This document shows positions 24,290 to 41,799 of a stretch of DNA of 64,000 nucleotides, in pieces (within the stretch, counting starts at the first letter, position 1; the number at the start of each line of letters is the position of its first letter). Made by a program: the position numbers and the translations under genes. Source of the DNA: the human T2T-CHM13v2.0 reference genome, Homo sapiens. The DNA is taken from NCBI RefSeq assembly GCF_009914755.1, contig NC_060936.1; one strand, given 5' to 3'. The notes below the pieces were generated by a model that was not told the origin of the DNA, did no database searches, and saw nothing but the letters and a program-made list of their open reading frames with translations.

Positions 24290-27200
24290 GTCATTGAACA
24301 ATTTACTCCATACCATGAACAGATAAATTTCTGACAGAATCTCAGCATCAACTGGAAATTCAGATCAGTAATTTTGTTTTCCAGGTTGCATAAACTTAAG
24401 TTAGGCTAGAAACATTCTTGTTCAGGTGCTCTCAGTATTCAGTACTGGGCTGGTCACCTATTATGCTTTAATTTTCTGTATGAATGCCTCATAAACTGTC
24501 ATCTTTGTCCTAGACATAGTCAGAAAAGTAACATTTGTGCCACCAATAGAGTTCTATTTGAATCAACTAGGACTTTTAAAAGTTTCAGCCACTATTCTGC
24601 CCGGAGAATATCAGCTGTTATGTCTTCCCATCCTAGAACCCCTGCAAACATTCCCTAGAGCCCACTTTGACTGTGGCAACCACAGGAGACTGGCAAGACT
24701 GGGGAGCTGAGGTATCCCCAAAGATCTGGCTCTTAGCATGAGCTACCCATAGGGCAAGGGGCAATGCAGCCTGCCAAAGTGCCCCTTAGGACAAAGGAAA
24801 CCTGATTGTGTGTTCTCCCCATCTGATAGCCCTCTCATGCTTGTGAGCAGAAGGTAACTGTGCCCATCCCAGTGAAGATGAGGGCATAGTGCTGATCTCT
24901 GAAAGGGAGGAATGTTGTTCTACTTTAGTAGACAGGCAGCACCAGTGGCCAGGAACAGATGTGAAGGTGGGGGGTCTTCTCTTGTCCCCCCATCCACTGC
25001 TGTGGATGCAGCCACAGGTTTTCCTACTGGGTATTGGAGTGGGTATACCTGGAGATAGCTTCTCCAGGACTATGTGGGGTTACTACACCCCTACTGAAAG
25101 TGTGCCCACGAGCCCAGGCTTGCACAAAGGGCAGGATTCAACATCCTCTTCCTATGTGGAGTAATGGCATCCCTACAGCTGAATGCTGGCCAGCCACAGA
25201 GTTGTTTGGGGCTGAGGGAAGAGGTTCCACTCCAGGCCAATTCAGGGTAGCCACAGGGTGTGTATTTTCTGCAGAATTCAGTTCCATTTAGCCTGGAGAT
25301 AAAGGGCAGGGTCTATCTGAACTGAAGGCTGCAAGCTCTGGGACAGTGGTGTGATAGGGAATTGGATGGGGAACTGATACAGCCCCCTCCTTGCCACCTC
25401 TGAGGATACCTCAGAGCATTGTACCATGTGCTCTCTCAACCACCCCAGTCAGGGTAGGTGCTTCCACTGATCATTGGGGTATCTGGGAATGAGCCAGCTC
25501 TTACTTGTAAGTGCCACCTACAGGACTGAAAGTTGAACTGCATAACCAAAAAAAAAAAAAACCCCACTTACAGAAAGGCATAGTGCTAGGGAATGAGATA
25601 CGCTTCCTGAGATCTCAGCTCTTAGCCCCACAGAAAATAGTGAGCCAGTTCATATACCCAATGCATTGTTACAACAATCAGCACTTGAGAAAGCCACCAC
25701 ACATAGAAAAGCTATCTATAACCAAGGAATTTATACCAGAACCTTGGCCCCTTGAAAGCATCCAGAATTGAAACCAAGTGATCATATACAACATACATTA
25801 CAGTCACACCTCAAGGGGAAAAATAAATAAAAATTCCCATCCAAACAAAAGAAAATTCAAAAATAAGAAGAGCAAGCTTCTCCAGATGAGAAATAATCAT
25901 CATAGAACTCCTGCAGTACAAACAAACAAACAAACAAACAAACAAAAAACAACATTTCAACATCCCCAAAGGATCACATTAGATGTCTAGCAATGGATCC
26001 TAATCAAAAATGAGTTTGGATCCTAATCAAAATAAAAACTCTGAAATAAGAGAAAAAGTTCAAAATATGGATTGTAGGAAATCTCAATGAGTTCCAAGAA
26101 AAAGTTGAAAATCAACACAAAAAATCAGGAAAACAATTCAGGATATGAATGAAAAATTTACTAAAGACATGGATAGTTTTTTTAAAAAAACAGAACTTTG
26201 GGAAATAAAAAAATTATTGATGATATTACAAAAAATAGTTGGAAGCTTTATGAGTAGACTAAACTGAGCAGAAGAGTTTCAGAACTTGAAGACTGGTCAT
26301 TCAAATTAGCCCAGTCAGACGAAAATAAAGATAAAGAAATGTTTAATAATGAACAAAGCCTTCAAGAAATATGGAATTATGTAAAACAACCAAATCTATG
26401 AGTAAAAGGCATTTCTGAGGGAGAAGAAAAAGTAAAAACTTTGGAAAACATATTTGACAGAATAATTCAAGAAAACTCTCCTGGCCTAGCTAGAGAACTA
26501 GACATTAAGATACAAAAGCTCAAAGAATACTTGGAAGATTCTCTGCAGGAAGAATCTCATGAAGGCATATAGCCATCAGACTATCCAAAGTCAAGATGAA
26601 AGAAAAAAAAAATCCTAAAAGCAGCTAGAGGGGAGCCTCTAATAATCTATAAAGGAAATCTCATTAGACTAACAGTGGACTTCTCAGCAGAAGCTTTATA
26701 AGGCAGAAGAGATTGAGGGCCTATTTTCAGCCTTCTCAAAGAAAAAAAAATGCCAGTCAAGAATTTATATAGTGCCAAACTAAGCTTCATAAATGAAGGA
26801 GAAATAAAGTCTTTCTCAGACAAGCAAATGCTAAGGCAAATTCATCACCACTAGACCAGCCCTACAAGAAATGCTCAAAAGAGTTCTAAACATGGAAATG
26901 AAAGGACAATGATTTCCATAATAAAAGCACATGTAAGTACAAAGTTTACAGATCCTATAAAGGAATTACACAATTGAGATTACAAAGCCAACTAGGTAAC
27001 AACATTATGACAGGAAGAAAACCTTACATATTAATATGAATCTTAAACATAAATGACTTAAATTTTCCACTTAAAGATATAGATAGGTCAATTGTATTTA
27101 AAAAAACAAGATACAACTGCTTGCTGTCCACAAGAAACCCGCAAAATAAGTGAAGGCCCATAAACTCAAAATGAAGGGGTGGACAAAGATATACCATGTA

Positions 27201-27592
27201 AACAGAAAACAAACAAACAGAAAAAAGCAGGAGTAGCTATAGTTATAACAGTTAAAACAGACTTTAAATAATCAATAGTGAAATAAAGCAAAGAAAGTTG
27301 TTACGTAATGATAAAGAGTTCAATTCAACAAGAAGATATAATTATTCTAAATATGTATGAGCCAACCACCAGAGCACTCAGATTTATAAAACAAACACTA
27401 CTAGACCTGAGAAAAGAGATGGAGAGAAATAAAATAGTATTAGGGGACTTCAACACCTCAGTGGTAGCACTAGACAGATGACTGAGGCAGAAAATCAACA
27501 AACTCTGGACTTCAACGGGACTCTAGATCAAATGGACCTAATAGACAGTTACAGAACATTGCACCCAACAACCACAGAATATACATTTTTCT

Positions 27593-27644
27593 ATTACTTC
27601 CCAGCCTTTTGGCTAAGATCAAGTGTAGTATTTGTTCTTATCAG
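27593..27644 (+). pseudogene. 3'-truncated U2 snRNA retropseudogene (about nt 1-52)
   Basis: ATTACTTCCCAGCCTTTTGGCTAAGATCAAGTGTAGTATTTGTTCTTATCAG matches the U2 5' end; flanking direct repeat CAGAATATACATTTTTCT. Confidence 0.93.
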
Positions 27645-30600
27645 AATATACATTTTTCTTATCCATGTGTGAAATATTCTCCACAATAATCTATATGCTT
27701 AGTCATAATACAAGCCTCAATAAATTCAAAAAATAAAAATTATTTGAAGTATCTTGGATGACATCAGAATAAAATTAAAACTATACAAATACATGGAAAT
27801 TAAGCAACTTGCTCCTGAATAAGCTTTGGGTAAATGATGAGATTTAGGTAGAAATAAAAAAAAATTGATATGAGTGAAAATAGAGACACAATATACCAAA
27901 ACCTATAGGATACAGCAAAAGCAGTGCTATGAGAAAAGTTTATAGCATTGAATGCCTACATCAAAAAAGATTAAAAGGATGTCAAATTTACAACCTAATG
28001 TCATACCTCAAGGAACTAGAGAAACAAGAACAAACAAAACCTAAAGCTAGCAGAAGGAATGAGAAAATAAGGATGCAATGAATCATTAAATTAAAAAATT
28101 AGTTCTTTGAAAATTTAAACAAAGAACATGTAAAGAAAAGCAATCAGTAATCTTAAAAAATCTTCCAACAACAAAAGGTCCAGAAGCAGAGAGATTCACA
28201 GTCAAACCTTACCAGACAAACAAAGATGAGCTGGTACCAATCTTACTAAAACTACTCTAAAAACAAAACAAAAAAAATTTGAGGAGAAAGGATTGCTCTC
28301 TAACTCATCTACAAAACCACTATCACCCTGGTACCAAAATCAGGAAAAGACACAACAAAAAAGGAAAACTACAGGCCAATATCCCTGATGAGCATAGATG
28401 CAAAAGTCCTTAACAAAATACTAGCAAACTGAATCCAACATCACATAAATAAGATAACATATCATGATCAAGCCAGTATTATTATAGGGATGCAAAGGTG
28501 GTTCAATATACAAAAATCAATAAATGTGTAAAAAAATCAATATGTGTAAATTCACGTAAACAGAATTAAAAACAGAAAACATGATCTTCTTAGTAGAGGC
28601 AGAAAAATCATTCAATAGAATATTTTCTTTATGATAAAAACCTGCAACCAACTAGGCATCAACAGAACATACCTCAAAGTAATCAGAGCCATCTATGACA
28701 AACCTATAGCCAACATCTTACTGAAAGTGGAAAGGTTGCATGCATTCTCCCTAAGAACTGGAATAAGGCAAGGATGTCAACTCTCACCACTCCTATTCAG
28801 CATGGTACCAGAAGTTCTTGCCAGAGCAATCAGAGAAGTGAGAGAAATAAAAAGCACCCAAATAGGAAAAGGGGAAATCAAATTATCTCTGTTCGCTGAT
28901 GGCATGATCTTATACTTAAAAACTCAAAAGACTCTAGTATTTGTTAACTGACTCCAGTAAAGTTTCAGGATACAAAATTAACACACAAAAATCAGGGCAT
29001 TTTTATACTCCAATAATGTTCAAGCTGAGAAACAAATCCAGACTCAATCCCATTTACAACAAACAGCACACACACAAAATACCTAGGAATACATTTAACC
29101 AAGAAGATGAAAGGTCTTTTCAAGGAAAACTACAGAATACTGATGAAATAAGTCATAGATGATGCAAACAGAAAAATATCCCATACTTAAGTTTTAGAAA
29201 AATTAATATCATTAAAATGACTATATGGCTCAAAGCAATCTACAAACTCAACACAATTCCTACCAAATCATTAATGTTACTTTTAACAAAATTAGAAAAA
29301 AAATTCCTAAAATTCATATGGAACCAAAGTAGAGCCTGAATAGCCAAAGCAATACTAAGCAAAAAGAACAAAGCTGCAGGCATCCCATTACCTGATTTAA
29401 ATTATACTATAAGACTATAGTAACCAAGGTAGCATGGTACTGGTTTAAAAATAGACACATAGGTCAATGGAAGAGAATAGAGAACCCCGAAATAAAGCCA
29501 CAAACAGCTAATTGATCTTCAACAAAGTTGACCCAAATATACTATGCTTAAAGGACATCCAATTCAATAAATGTTGCTAGAAAAATTGGATAGCCATATG
29601 CAGAAGAATGAAGCTGGATCCATATCTCTCACCATATATAAAAATTATCTCAAGATGGATTGAGACTTAAACGTAAGATCTGAAACTACAAAAATACCAG
29701 TAAAAACCTACTAAAGAGAAGAAGAAAGAAGAAAACCTAGTGACAACTCTTCTGGACATTGGTATTTATGACTAAGATCTCAAAAGCAAATGCAACCAAA
29801 ACAAAAATAGGCAAATGGAACTTAATTAAACTAAAATGCTTCTGCACAGTAAAAGAAATAATCAACAGTGAAACAAGCAGCCTATAGAAAGGGAGAAAAT
29901 ATTTGCAAACTACTCATCCAGCGAATGTCTAATATACAGAATCTACAAGGAACTCAAATAACTCAACACGAAAAACAACAAACCTCATTAAAAATTAAGC
30001 AAACGACACAAACAGACATTTCTCAAAAGAGCATATTCAAGTAGCCAATGAACATATGAAAAAATGCTCAACATTACTAATCATCAGAGAAATGCAAATT
30101 AAAATCACATTGAAATATCATCTCACACCCATCAGGATATTATTAACAAGTCAACAAATAACAGATGTTGGCAAAGATGTGGCATAAAAGGAATGCTTCT
30201 ACACTGCTGGTGGGAATGTAAATTAGTACAATCTATATGGAAAACAGTATGGAGATTTCTTAAAGAACTAAAATTAGAACTACCATTAGACCCAGCAATT
30301 CTACTACTGAGTATCTACCTGAAGGAAAATAAATAATTATATCAAAAAGACATCTGCATTCTTAATGTTTATGACAGCACTATTCACAATAGCAAAGTAT
30401 TGATATCAATCTAAGTGTCCATCAATGGATAATTGGATAAAGAAAATGTTATATAGATACACAATGGAATACTACTCAACAATAAAAAACGATGAAATCC
30501 TCTCTTATGCAGCAACGTGGATGGAGTTGGAAGCCATATCCAAGTAACATAACTCAGAAACAGAAAATCAAACACCACATGTGCTCACTTGTTAGTGAGA

Positions 30601-30716
30601 GCTAAACAATGAGTACACATGAATATACAGAAGGAAATCATGGGGACTTCAAAAGCAGGGAGGGAAGAAGGTGAGTTAGAGTTGAAAAATTACCTATTGG
30701 GTACAACAATATTATG

Positions 30717-31067
30717 TTTTTGTTGTTGTTGTTGTTGTTGTTGTTGTTTGTTTGTTTTGAAACAGAGTCTCGCTCTGTTGCCCAGGCTGGAGTGCAGTGG
30801 CACAATTTCAGCTCACCACAACCTCCACTTCTCCTGCCTCAGCCTCTCGAGTAACTGGGACTACAGGTGTGTGCCACCACCCCCAGCTAATTTTTATATA
30901 AATATTTTATATAGATAATAGATAGCTAATTTTTATAGATAATTTTTAGTAGAGATGGGTTTTTGCCATGTTTGCCAGGCTAGTCTCGAACTCTTGGCAT
31001 CAGGTGATCTGCCTGCCTCAGCCTCCCAAAGTGCTGGGATTACAGGCGTGAGCCACCGCGCCCAGCC
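30717..31067 (-). mobile_element. AluS inserted in the L1 3'UTR, with (TTG)n tail and expanded AT-rich linker
   Basis: Alu arms are clear; TSD A(A/C)TATTATGT. Confidence 0.92.
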
Positions 31068-31384
31068 ACTATTATGTATTATATCCATGCAACGAACATG
31101 AACATGTATTCCCCGAATCTACAAAAATTAAAAATATATATATTTGAAGAAATATTTGAAAAATAATTTAAGATAATAGAAGTAAGAAACAGTAATTTTA
31201 TTATGTGTCACATAACAATGTAAAGACATTTAAAATCTAGTTCACATGGGATAACCAATAGAGAAAATACTTTTTTTCTAGTAAAATACATACGCATACA
31301 CTTACACAGAACTAGTCTACTTTTGCTGAGTATATATTCTATCCCAGATACTGCACCTGAGGTTTTGTATAAGTATGGTAATAA

Positions 31385-31830
31385 GAAGCTCAACTTTTGG
31401 TATCACAAAGGCATGGGTTCAATAATCCCATATGGTCAACTAATAATGGTGATACCTTGACTAGTTTTTTAAAATGTCCTTGAATGTTATTTGCCTTGTG
31501 TAAGTTTGGGATAGTAAAAGCTACTTAATGGGGTTGTTGAGAGATTTAAATGTGTATGTGTAGCCCTTGATGCAGTGCCTGTCACATAGTTCATAATAAT
31601 AGCCTTTATCATCATCATCATGTTTGGCTATTCTATCTCTGGATCTGCTTTAATTTTCATTTCATCTCCCATGCATCTTCATGTCACTCCTATATGATAC
31701 AAATTATTATCCCAATTTAGATGAGGGAATTGAGGTTCAAGGTAATTCAGCTAAAAATTGGCCAGGGAGGAAGTTGAACCCATGTATGTCTAGCTATGGT
31801 GCTCCTACTCATTTTACAGTACTATACATA
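31385..31830. mobile_element. Two tail-to-tail MIR relics
   Basis: GGGTTGTTGAGAGATTTAAATG...CAGTGCCTGTCACATAG (+) and ATTATCCCAATTTAGATGAGGGAATTGAGGTTCA (-). Confidence 0.65.
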
Positions 31831-32065
31831 TGTAATGTAATTTTTCCTGGTATAGAGAATTGACTTATCTTTTTCCAGAGCAACTTTAACACACCTTTGA
31901 TGACACAAATTCCTGATTTACTGAGTCATTCGAACAAAACAATAATTTTACGTGCCAATGGACTAGAGATGTGTGTGACAAGGTTTCAACTTGAATGATG
32001 ACTAACCAAAAAACAAAATTCAAAAAATATCTACTAGTACTTCATTAAGAAACAAGCTACTAACA

Positions 32066-32068
<3 letters not shown>

Positions 32069-32108
<40 letters not shown>
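32069..32108. repeat. (AT)n microsatellite
   Basis: Pure AT dinucleotide run. Confidence 0.97.
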
Positions 32109-32112
<4 letters not shown>

Positions 32113-32476
32113 GAATATACTCCCATATCTGTGGCATTAATTCCATATTAAAGTATATATATTTTAGCCTTAATAATAAACAATATAAACCCAAGCAACA
32201 ACTACTATGTAAAATTACAAAAGTGAGAAGAAAGATGTATTACTCTAAATTATTTACTTTCCTGTAATCCTTTTTGAGGTTCTACTTCTTAATCTTCTGT
32301 GCAATCTTAAATTTCCCACAATAATTTCATCTGTAGTATAAGGATGTTGTGCTTTGTTGAAAAATAAAGAACCTTATATAACTGTGGCATCATTTATATA
32401 ACTGGAGTTGCTGGAGCTTGCTTCTAATACAGGACAAAGCCTCAAGAAAGTCTTTCGAAATGTGCAACAGATGGTA

Positions 32477-32538
32477 TTAAGTTGGTGCAGTTTTTGCGGT
32501 TAAACTAATGGCAAAACCACAATGCCTTTTGCACCTAA
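32477..32538. mobile_element. Degenerate MADE1 (Hsmar1 MITE)
   Basis: TA|TTAAGTTGGTGCA...AATGGCAAAACCACAAT...TTTTGCACCTAA|TA. Confidence 0.7.
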
Positions 32539-33409
32539 TATTCTTAATAAAGAAATAAAGAAATAAAGCTATGCGTATAATACCTTCTTGCCAGGGATGA
32601 GTTAGAATGATCACACTTCTCCTGAGCAATATAGGTTAAGTTCTACAAGATAGTATTTAATGTCACTTAAAATTGTAACCACAAGTTACTGCATGCATAA
32701 TCTTGTCAACAGTCCAAAAGTTACTAACCTTTTCTAAGGGAATACATATGTTTTCATATATATGTTCATCCTGTATAATTTGTAATATCAGTGGATGGAT
32801 AAGAAATAAAAAATACTTATGTTTATTTCATGTCTGGAGAATCTGTGTTAACATCTGAATTTTACTGGTACGTTGGTTTAATAAAAATTTCAATGTATGA
32901 CATTTTTTCTGTGCTAAGGCAAACTTTTTCAAACAATATTGACAACATAGGCATATGTAGACAAAACAAAAAGAGTCTTCTGCTAAGCAATACCAAAATC
33001 TACCCTTGCAATGCAACTGGTAAACATACAGCAAAAATGACTTCCTTTCAGCCCTCTCGAAGATATTCTTAAATTACACGTTTAAGCTCTCTGCAACTTC
33101 ACCATTTCATTTCTTGCCTAGACCTCAAAAATCATCAAAGAGTAAGTGATGTTTTGCAAATCGAACATAGAAAATGAAAGCATGTTACATAAAATCAAAC
33201 TGCCTTGCAGCGAACTGTTTTGGAAAGGTAAACTTCCTATCTTTCATATTAAAATACTTAACCAGTCTCTGACTTGCTGTGAAAATGCATGCTTGGCAAA
33301 AATGTCTGAGACAGGCTTCTGAGATTTATGAGATGACTCATACCTTCTACATATATATAAAAACATTGATCTTGTTATTACACTTTGATGCACTTTGCAC
33401 ACAGCTGAG

Positions 33410-33670
33410 AGACAGTGTTGTTTAATTTGTTAGAATACAGAATCTGTAGCTAACTTGATGAAGCTCAACTCCCCCACTACCTACTTGTGTGAACTTGAAC
33501 AAATTTCTTGCCATCTCTAAATCTTAATTTCTCTTAGCATTTTTTTGTTTAATGGAGAAAAATTATAATATGATTTATCTCCTAAGGCTATTATAAAGAA
33601 TACAAGATTATTTATTGAATCTTAACAAAGTGTCCAATTGTAAGTGCTCAGTAAATGTTTGTTGAAAGGA
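33410..33670 (+). mobile_element. MIR
   Basis: TACTTGTGTGAACTTGAACAAATTTCTT...GTAAGTGCTCAGTAAATGTT. Confidence 0.65.
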
Positions 33671-33866
33671 ATAAAAGGAGAGAATTGGAGAGAAGGAAGG
33701 GAGAAAAAGGAAATTGGGGCTTCAGCTTTCTAAGTTTAAGCATAACCAGAGTTTATAAGAGGTTGGAGAAAGGATTGTTTATAAGGGGTGGAATCCTAAG
33801 AAACAGTAGGCAAACACAAAATGACTATCTAAATATTTCATACTCTCATAAAAATTACACAGCTCC

Positions 33867-34460
33867 TGTAAAGTATTTTACTTCTCCTTCACTTATGAAG
33901 CTTAGTTTGGCTGGATATGAAATTCTGTGTTGAAAATTCTTTCCTTTAAGAATGTTGAATATTAGCCCCCACTCTCTTCTGGCTTGTAGAGTTTCTGCTG
34001 AGAGATCAGCTGTTAGTCTGATGGGCTTCCCTTTGTGGGTAACCCAGCCTTTCTCTCTGGCTGCCCTTAACATTTTTTCCCTCATTTCAACTTTGGTGAA
34101 TCTGACAATTATGTGTCTTGGAGTTGCTCTTCTCGAGGAGTATCTTTGTGGTATTCTCTGTATTTCCTGAAATTCAATGTTGGCCTGCCTTTCTAGATTG
34201 GGAAAGTTCTCCTGGATAATATCCTGCAGAGTGTTATCCAACTTGGTTCCATTCTCCCTGTCACTTTCAGGTACACCAATCAGATGTAGATTTGGTCTTT
34301 TCACATAGTCCCATATTTCTTGGAGGCTTTGCTTGTTTCTTTTTATTCTTTTTTCTCTAAACTTCTCTTCTCGCTTCATTTCATTCATTTGATTTTCCAT
34401 CACTGATACCCTTTCTTCCTGATCAAATCGGCTACTGAGTCTTGTGCATTCATCACGTAG
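33867..34460 (-). pseudogene. L1 ORF1p fragment (inverted segment)
   Basis: SLQEIWDYVKRPNL, RHIIVRFTKVE, AREKG, ARREW, YPAKLSF. Confidence 0.95.
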
Positions 34461-34624
34461 CAAATGCTGAGAGATTTTGTCACCACCAGGCCTGCCCTAA
34501 AAGAGCTCCTGGAGGAAGCACTAAACATGGAAAGGAACAACCGGTACCAGCCACTTCAAAAACATGCCAAATTGTAAAGACCATCAGGCTAGGAAGAAAA
34601 TGCATCAACTAATGAGCAAAATAA

Positions 34625-38467
<3,843 letters not shown>

Positions 38468-39529
38468 CAATGAGAACACATGGACACAGAAAGGGGAACA
38501 TCACACACCGGGGCCTGTTGTGGGGTGGGGGGAGCGGGGAGGGATAGCATTAGGAGATATACCTAACGTTAAATGACGAGTTAATGGGTGCAGCACCAAC
38601 ATGGCACATGTATACATATGTAACAAACCTGCATGTTGTGCACATGTACCCTGAAACTTAAAGTATAATAAAAAAAAATTACACAGCTCCACCATGAAGT
38701 TTTAGCTGCTGGATGATTAAAGCTTTTAAAACTTTGTTTTGTTGATGGAGTTTTTTTCATTTAATAAGCAGGTCTAGGAGATCCTAATTAATTTTGAACT
38801 TGTAGAAAGTGAGCAGGAAAGGGTGGGGCTACATTTAAAAAGAACACACCTAACACCATGCTAAATTTTTCCTTTGGCGGACAAAATTATAACAATATGT
38901 TTGGCATTAGTCTCTTACACCTCCTCATTACAGAGCAGTGCCAAAGGATCCCCCAAACATCCAGGTACTGTTTTACTTTGCTCTGATGACAGTTGAAGTT
39001 TTGGTGCCTCCTGTTTCTTCTCAACTAGAAAGGACATTCATTCTGCCCAGCTTAAAGTTTATCTCCCTTGTACTAGAATGTGCATTCTACCATTAAATCT
39101 AAAATTGCCTTGACATGTTGTTATAATACCTCGTGGATGTGGAAAGTTTATTGCAACCTAATGTGAAACATAGGAAAAGGTGCAATCTGGCCTTTCCTTG
39201 ATGTGTTTCTCTACTGCCACAACAAATCCCGCTTTCTGTGTGGGGAATGCGATAGCCGGTGCATTTATTGAAGCCTTTCCTCTTATTATCCTTAAATTGT
39301 ATTGCCACTTTTGTTTAGAAATAGTTGGGATTAGGTGCTAGTGTGTCTTCCCATATAGCTAAATTCTATACTGAAATTACAACTATGAGAGAATGCCTAA
39401 AGATCTCATTTAATAGGAAAAAGCTAGCTTTTTTAAAGACAGGTTTTATGATATTTCAATAGTACTGCAAGAGAACTCTGATATGGAACTATTGGGACTT
39501 ACTAGATGGCAAGTTCCATGCCTGGTATT

Positions 39530-39785
39530 TTACTTAATACATTTGATCCTCAGGACAACCTTATCGTTATAAGACATTACAATAGGAAAAATGAGTTTCA
39601 GAGAGTAACTTACTCAAAGTCATGGAGAAAGCAGGAAGTAATTGCAGGTTTTGAATCTGGTTAGAATAAAATGTTTGAGGAATGCATTTATTCAATAATA
39701 TTTTCATGGCTAAATTCCATATATTGCCAGACCGGTTTAGGGCAACAGTGCTGAGCAAGGTGTGGTCCTAGCACTGGGAATACAC

Positions 39786-39820
<35 letters not shown>

Positions 39821-39880
39821 CAGACACAATCCCTGAATTCATAGAGCTCCCAATCAACTAGGAAGAAAGACATTTAAAAA
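39530..39880 (-). mobile_element. MIR plus L2 3'-end relics
   Basis: GAGAGTAACTTACTCAAAGTCA (MIR); CATTTATTCAATAATATT...CAGACACAATCCCTGAATTCATAGAGCTC (L2). Confidence 0.6.
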
Positions 39881-40689
39881 TTGTGTTTATCAGAACAAAG
39901 ATATTCCATGCATAAGTGTTCATTGATAGCCAAATGGGGAAATAAGAGCTCAATCTCCCATTCTATCCTACCTTCCAAATAAGAGAAAGAGAATCATGCT
40001 GGAGGAGAAGGAAAGTCAGTCTACATAAAAATATATACTTTTAATTTTTATTATCAAGTGTAGCATTGTTATAAAATGTAATGTATAAAAACATAAGTGT
40101 AAAGGTTAACAAACAATACTAAACCAAACATCCATGCACCCACCCCTCTGGCTAAGAAATGCCCTTTAAGATTCAATCTCCTCCTTGTTGATGTGCTACA
40201 AAAGTCAGTTGGTTGAAATTCTGAGATAAAAATTTGCAGAATCATGCTGTCTACTAGTAAGAATTAATACTTACTTATACTTGGCTATAATTAATAACAT
40301 TTATATTTAACTTATATTTAAGTAATAACTTGTATTTTGCTTATTCTATTAATTACTATTCTTATAATAGTTTTATTTAGACTTCTTTATATTTTTATTG
40401 TTTCTAATAAAGATGTTTGAAAAGCTACAAGAGAAAAAAATGTGGAAGAGTTTGTGTCAATTTTTAAAAAATATATAGATATAATAATTTAGTAAATAAC
40501 TGTTTCTGTGTAATAATACAATAAATAATTTCTTCTTCCTCTTATGAAAAATATGATTAAAAGTATTATAAAAGCATGAATTAGAAGTGGTGCCAAATTG
40601 TTTGTCTGGTTGTCATACCCTCATGTCTCAGCACATGTGTAAAACTTCCAATTATAATTGTCAACTAGAGAATTTGCTGTGTCTGTGAT

Positions 40690-41780
40690 GCTCAGAGAAG
40701 TCTAGGCTGAATATTTAACTCTGAAAGCCATTGATACAAAGATGAAAATCCAAGACATGGAAATTGTTGAAGTTACTTAAGCAGAGAGTATAGATTAGGA
40801 CATGAATGGTGTCTAAAACTAAGCTTTGTAGAACTCATCTATCTAATTGTCAAGTAAATGAGACTGAAATGGACTAGGAGAAAAAGAAGGAGTGGGCAAA
40901 GAAATGGGAGGGGTTTCTCAGAAGATTAAGGACATAGGTATGTATTTTAGAAACAAGGGAGTGGCCAACTGAGAGGCTAAGTAAGAGGAAGACAAAATAT
41001 TATTAGACTTAGCAACAGGTAAATCATTAAGATAAGAGAGCTCATGTCCCAGTTTGCCCAATACTGTCCTAATTGAAGCCTGCTGTCCTACTGAAAGTGT
41101 TTCAATGATGTGGCTGTTCTAGTTATCAGTAACTTTAGCAAAGATCATTTCAGTAGAGTGATACAGACAGAAGTCAAAGTAGAATGGTTTTAAAAATGCA
41201 TAAGAAATGAGAACATGGAGGCATTAAGGTGGATAATTTTTTAAGAGAATTATGAGTATAGAAAGAAGGAGAATGGATCATGAATGGAATGAAATGTGAG
41301 GTTAAGGGACTTTTGTCTCTTAAGAAAGAGGAAATATCCGGCCTGGCAGGAGAGGTTAAAGAGATTCAAGTGAGGAGAAGTATGCAAAGGGTAAGACTTC
41401 TGAAAGGTGGCAGAGCGGGATCCTGAGCAGGAGAGCAAGGCAGGGACTTAAAGGGGAGGAAGGACACATTAACAGCTGCAATGGGAGAGGAAGCACGAAT
41501 GGAGAGCAATTATTACACTAGTAGTTGTGGATGTTTGCAAATGGAAAGTTAAGGTAATTTCAATCTTTTGACATATTTTCTTTGAAGAAAGAGGTTAGAA
41601 TATTTACTGAGAATGAGAAGGTGTGGGGGCCGCATTATGGATTGAAGAGAGTAAAGAAGGTGTGAAAAGCTAATGTGTACACAGTGTGGGAGTATGAACA
41701 GAATAAAATCCTGTGATAGAATTGCTTGACAGCATTCAGGGCCTAGTTGAGAGAGATGACCATTACTTTATAAGGATACC
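40690..41780 (-). mobile_element. L2 fragment
   Basis: Purine-rich with L2 motifs TTAGACTTAGCAACAGG, TTTCAGTAGAGTG...CAGAAGTCA. Confidence 0.65.
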
Positions 41781-41799
41781 AATTTGTACATTGTATGAT

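Larger units (their letters stand above)
24590..31134 (+). mobile_element. Near full-length degenerate L1 (L1PB-like)
   Basis: GC-richer 5'UTR, ORF1 remnants ~25990-26900, ORF2 from ATGACAGGA at ~27007 with an RT fragment ([16 protein letters not shown]...SLFADGM) and an internal deletion near 28125, then 3'UTR. The 5' boundary is uncertain. Confidence 0.9.

Noticed and set aside
39497-39515. Second CTCF-like motif TTACTAGATGGCAA
   Set aside because: Lacks the conserved CC at the start of the core, so the match is too weak.
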